64,000 nt of DNA from positions 1,798,001-1,862,000 of the forward strand of contig OU015568.1 of NCBI GenBank assembly GCA_907165135.1, given 5' to 3'. This stretch comes from Oikopleura dioica. Taxonomy: Eukaryota > Animalia > Chordata. Positions 60,616 to 64,000 of the stretch are shown here, piece by piece; the first letter of the stretch is position 1, and the number at the start of each line of letters is the position of its first letter. A program made the position numbers and the translations under genes. A model generated the notes under the pieces. It did no database searches. It was given only the letters and a program-made list of their open reading frames with translations, and was not told the origin of the DNA.

Positions 60616-61790
60616 ATGACTGTAGGCAAGTTTCATGCAGAGCATCATGGACCCAACATCAGATTGGGTGATTGTAAGACGAATGCAGTCAGGTTGAGAT
60701 ATAGGCAAAATTTCAGGAAAACAGGTCGAAACAAGGGATGCTCTTGATTCTAATGAGTCGTTTTTACCTTTTTCACGAAGTGGCGGGATTTTGTTCTCAG
60801 AAGAGCAAATTGGAAATCGTATTTTTGCCGTCCAAGTTAATCGAGTTCTATCATCATGGACAGGTTCAATAGAAATAGGTGTTGTCTTTGGCGATCTGGA
60901 AGAGGCTTCAAGAGTACCTAGTGCATCATTGGCCAAAAATTCTGTTGTTTTGTCAGGAAAGGATCATGTTTACACGAATGAGCAAAAATGCTTTGATTCA
61001 AAGCCTTTGAAACATTCGAACTAATTTTGCTGATCCTTTAACAGTTGACGGCCTAACTGTAGGTGGAAATGTGGATAGAACAAGGCGATTCCCACAAGCT
61101 CAAGAGATATTACGTTGCGTTCGAGAGTTCGACGTCATCGGCATCCAGGTTCGCCGCTCTGAAATTGGTTTTTTCTACAACGACGAGTTCTTCACATTCC
61201 GGCTTCCTTTGTTGAACGCGCGCAGCAACTACCACGCCATTGTCGATTTATACGGACCAGTTTACGGGGTCGAAATCAAAGACTACCAGGAGCTGTACCC
61301 TCGCCATCACGTCTTTCAAGAGCAACCTCAATCCCGACAACGTCATCCCTTGTTCGATGAGATGAATCGCTACCCTCCAGAAACTCGGCTCGCTTTAATA
61401 GGTTATTGGTTTCAAGATGAGCTGCGTTTCTTCGAAAATCCAAAACATGGGAAGAAACTTTCTGAAAAGATCTATCGGAATGGGCTTACTTACGTTTTTT
61501 CTCTCAGTCTTACTGTGGAAATTTTCCACTGGAAAATAGAAAAAAGCCAAACAAAAGCCGACGATTGAAGGATAAAGAAACCCGTACAGCTGATGATACC
61601 CGAAAAAGTTGACGAAAACAAGCAAAATTGGTAAGAAAAACCTGCTTGTTCACCCATAAAACTTGATATTCTAGCCTTGACGGAGCTAGAACACCATTTA
61701 ACGAACACACTCGCATTTTCGATGAAGAATCATTTATAGAAACACATCACGAAGGATGCTCTTTACGAAGAACAAAAAACACTTATTTAA
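60616..61790 (+). CDS. Neuralized-homology-repeat (NHR) domain protein
   Basis: FHAEHHGPNIRL, GILFSEEQI, WTGSIEIGV, DVIGI, AIVDLYGPVYGVEI; ATG directly after ttttcag. Confidence 0.8.
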
Positions 61791-61864
61791 CTTTTTCAAG
61801 AAGTTCACGTTTTTATAGAATCAAAAGTCAGAGTTTTTCTTTTTAGAAATCGAAAGTTGAAAGA

Positions 61865-62461
61865 ATGCGTTTTACTCTCGCTCGATTGAATTACAAAGTC
61901 CCGTATCTTGGCAAGTGGAACAAGGTGCCAGGCGATTACACTGGAGGAAAGCATATTTTGCCACCAAAGATCACAGCAAAGGATCGAGAGAGGACGCTCA
62001 AGGAGCTCTGGAGGGAGGCTCGAAACGAAATGTGGCTTGTCAGAAACAAAAGAGAGGTACTAAAAGGCACTTGTCTTCAATTAAATGCCATCTTATCTCT
62101 AGGCTGTCAGACAAAACGTTGCTCCAAGAGTGTCATTCCAGCGACCAAGAAGCGTAGAAGAAAGAACCTATGAATCAAAGCGACTCACTCATGACTTGGC
62201 ACTCGGGCCTGATGTTACTTTTGAGGACCGTTTCATGAACATAGGTACTTCTTCCTTCTTCGAAGGCCCTGGGCCAGTTAATCTCTCTTCTTAGCTCAAC
62301 GGGGAAATCAATGGACAAAACCAACTCATGTCAAATATCCTTATCTGCAGCAGCATTTAGAAACTGGAATTAACCCTAAAAAGCTTCATGCGCATTATCC
62401 TGTCGCTGTTGAAAAACCTTTATCATGGCAAGATGTCAAAGGCTTTGGCCAAAAGAAATAA
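61865..62461 (+). CDS. MRPL57: Mitochondrial ribosomal protein mL63 (MRP63)
   Basis: KVPGDYTGGKHILPPKIT..KELWREARNEMWL resembles the mL63 IPG..GKHR..EAEN..WL motif; three GT-AG exons join in frame. Confidence 0.72.
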
Positions 62462-62689
62462 ATAATTTAATTTCCTCTATGCCACAAATGTTTTTACGAA
62501 CATTTTGATCCATGCGTTCATTTTTTTTTTCATTTTTATCGCAAAGCAACGCAGTTAATATGCATGAAATAGCATCAAATTAGTCAGCTAATTTGAAAAG
62601 GCTAGAGTTTACGTTTAAACGATTTAATTATAAGTTTCCATCGTAATAATTGCTCCAAGACTAACGATTCCGATCACCTGTCGAAAGAA

Positions 62690-63531
62690 ATGAACATGCG
62701 TAGAAACTCAGCAGACGCTGGAGAGAAAATACTCAAATGCTTATCCTTTTTCTATTTTTTAAAACGATAGCAAGCACATGTTCTCTATTTAATGTCGATT
62801 GTCAAGACACTGGAGCATTAATAACAAATGTTACCAATTGGTAAGGATTAACTGCAAGATATATTTATTAGATCGAGATTTTCAGGGTAGAACTGAAAAA
62901 GTGATCTTTTTGTCGACAATTTGTTTTGCGAGTTTTCGGAATTGCGTTGATTCTACATTTTAGGACACTGCCTGTCATGAGTCCTCTGGCAATTCGATTG
63001 ATCAAGATCTCAAAAATCTTTTTCTAATAAGGAATGATCATAATAATACTGTATCAAATGATTGTGCGCTTTATCCACCTCGAACTCTTCAATATTCAAC
63101 ATGTTTTGATGACTTTTCTACTGACACCTCAGGTAGCGAACTAAAAGTCGAGTAGTATTAATAACCTATAATCAAGTGAATTTTACGGCACTCGTGGTCG
63201 AGTCAATTTCTATCGATAATACTTCGTTGATTGTGCAACGATTAGAAAAAGTCTTCTGCGAAACAAGCATCGAGGTCAAAGATGAAAAAGTGCCTTTTTT
63301 ACTTAGAGGATCCAGTATTGCAGGGAAGATCCCCATGATCGACCAGAATGTCACGCTAGATATTCAAGGTTTTGCCAAAATCGAAATTCTTTACAATAAA
63401 TGAATAAGGAGGAGAAACACTTGGTTCCTATGTCGATGTCTCAATCAAGAATATAACAGATGATGGTCTGTTTATCAAAGAACTCGTCGACTGTAATGTT
63501 ACCTTCGACGAATTAACAGGGAAAGATTGAT
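62690..63531 (+). CDS. Hypothetical multi-exon gene; structure unresolved
   Basis: Exon-like open segments with splice signals, e.g. 63176-63368 VNFTALVVESISIDNTS...VTLDIQ. Confidence 0.35.
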
Positions 63532-64000
63532 CAAAAAAATGACTTTTTTCGATAAAAAACTTCAAATCTAAACAAAGTTCTCATGCTCGAGAATGGGGTA
63601 GTTACAGAAAATGGGAAAAAATTGGGCGGAAATTTGCTGTCTTCGGATTCTTTTAGATTCAGACGTTTTTCAACGAGTCCAAAAATTGCGACTGCTTTTA
63701 GCGTCGAGGAAATTTTGAAATGTAATGAAATTTTTCGTCACATTTTGATTTTTCAAAACTAATGAGTGTTCTTTTATATGGAAAGCGATAAAAACCACAA
63801 AAACAAAATCAAGTCTCTGCGATACATCAACTGATCCCTGCGCGTCTCTGGAAAATTGTATCACAATAGTCGATAGCTGCGAAAATAAAACAATGGTCGG
63901 AAATGAGAAGACAGTTGTAAGCGCTGCTCTTAATTACAAGGTCTCTGCAGAGGTTTACTGCACTGAAATTAACGAATGGAAAATCGTTCTCCACCTTACT

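Noticed and set aside
60693-60780. GG-AG intron at 60735-60780 in the NHR gene
   Set aside because: A canonical GT donor at 60693 has the same phase, so this cannot be decided from sequence alone.

Overview
Eukaryotic, gene-dense, AT-rich DNA with many very short introns, some non-GT splice donors, TTTCAG-type acceptors just before start codons, and many MITEs. This pattern points to a larvacean tunicate (Oikopleura dioica-like); the organism is inferred, not proven. About 20 intron-containing genes are present: SLC22, SLC10 and SLC35B2 transporters, a secreted CUB protein, a Gla plus C-type-lectin protein, a 2OG-Fe(II) dioxygenase, a copine-type C2 protein, DPYS, COPZ1, BCOR, an NHR-domain protein, MRPL57, two paralogous Cys-rich membrane proteins and several orphans. 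Mobile DNA includes a nested MITE stack (8.5-12.1 kb) and a 4.9-kb non-coding foldback palindrome whose core is two opposed arrays of a self-folding 57-bp unit (17645-22564). There is also a complete, apparently very young 8.3-kb Ty3/gypsy LTR retrotransposon (51746-60045, minus strand). It has a UGA-CUAG gag-pol readthrough junction, a CCCH rather than CCHC finger in Gag, a frame-preserving 78-bp repeat block, and a non-Env third ORF with NLS-, TQT- and acidic-activator-like motifs. That element and the foldback are the best candidates for undescribed systems. Exon boundaries were read by eye, and family assignments rest on remembered motifs, not database searches.
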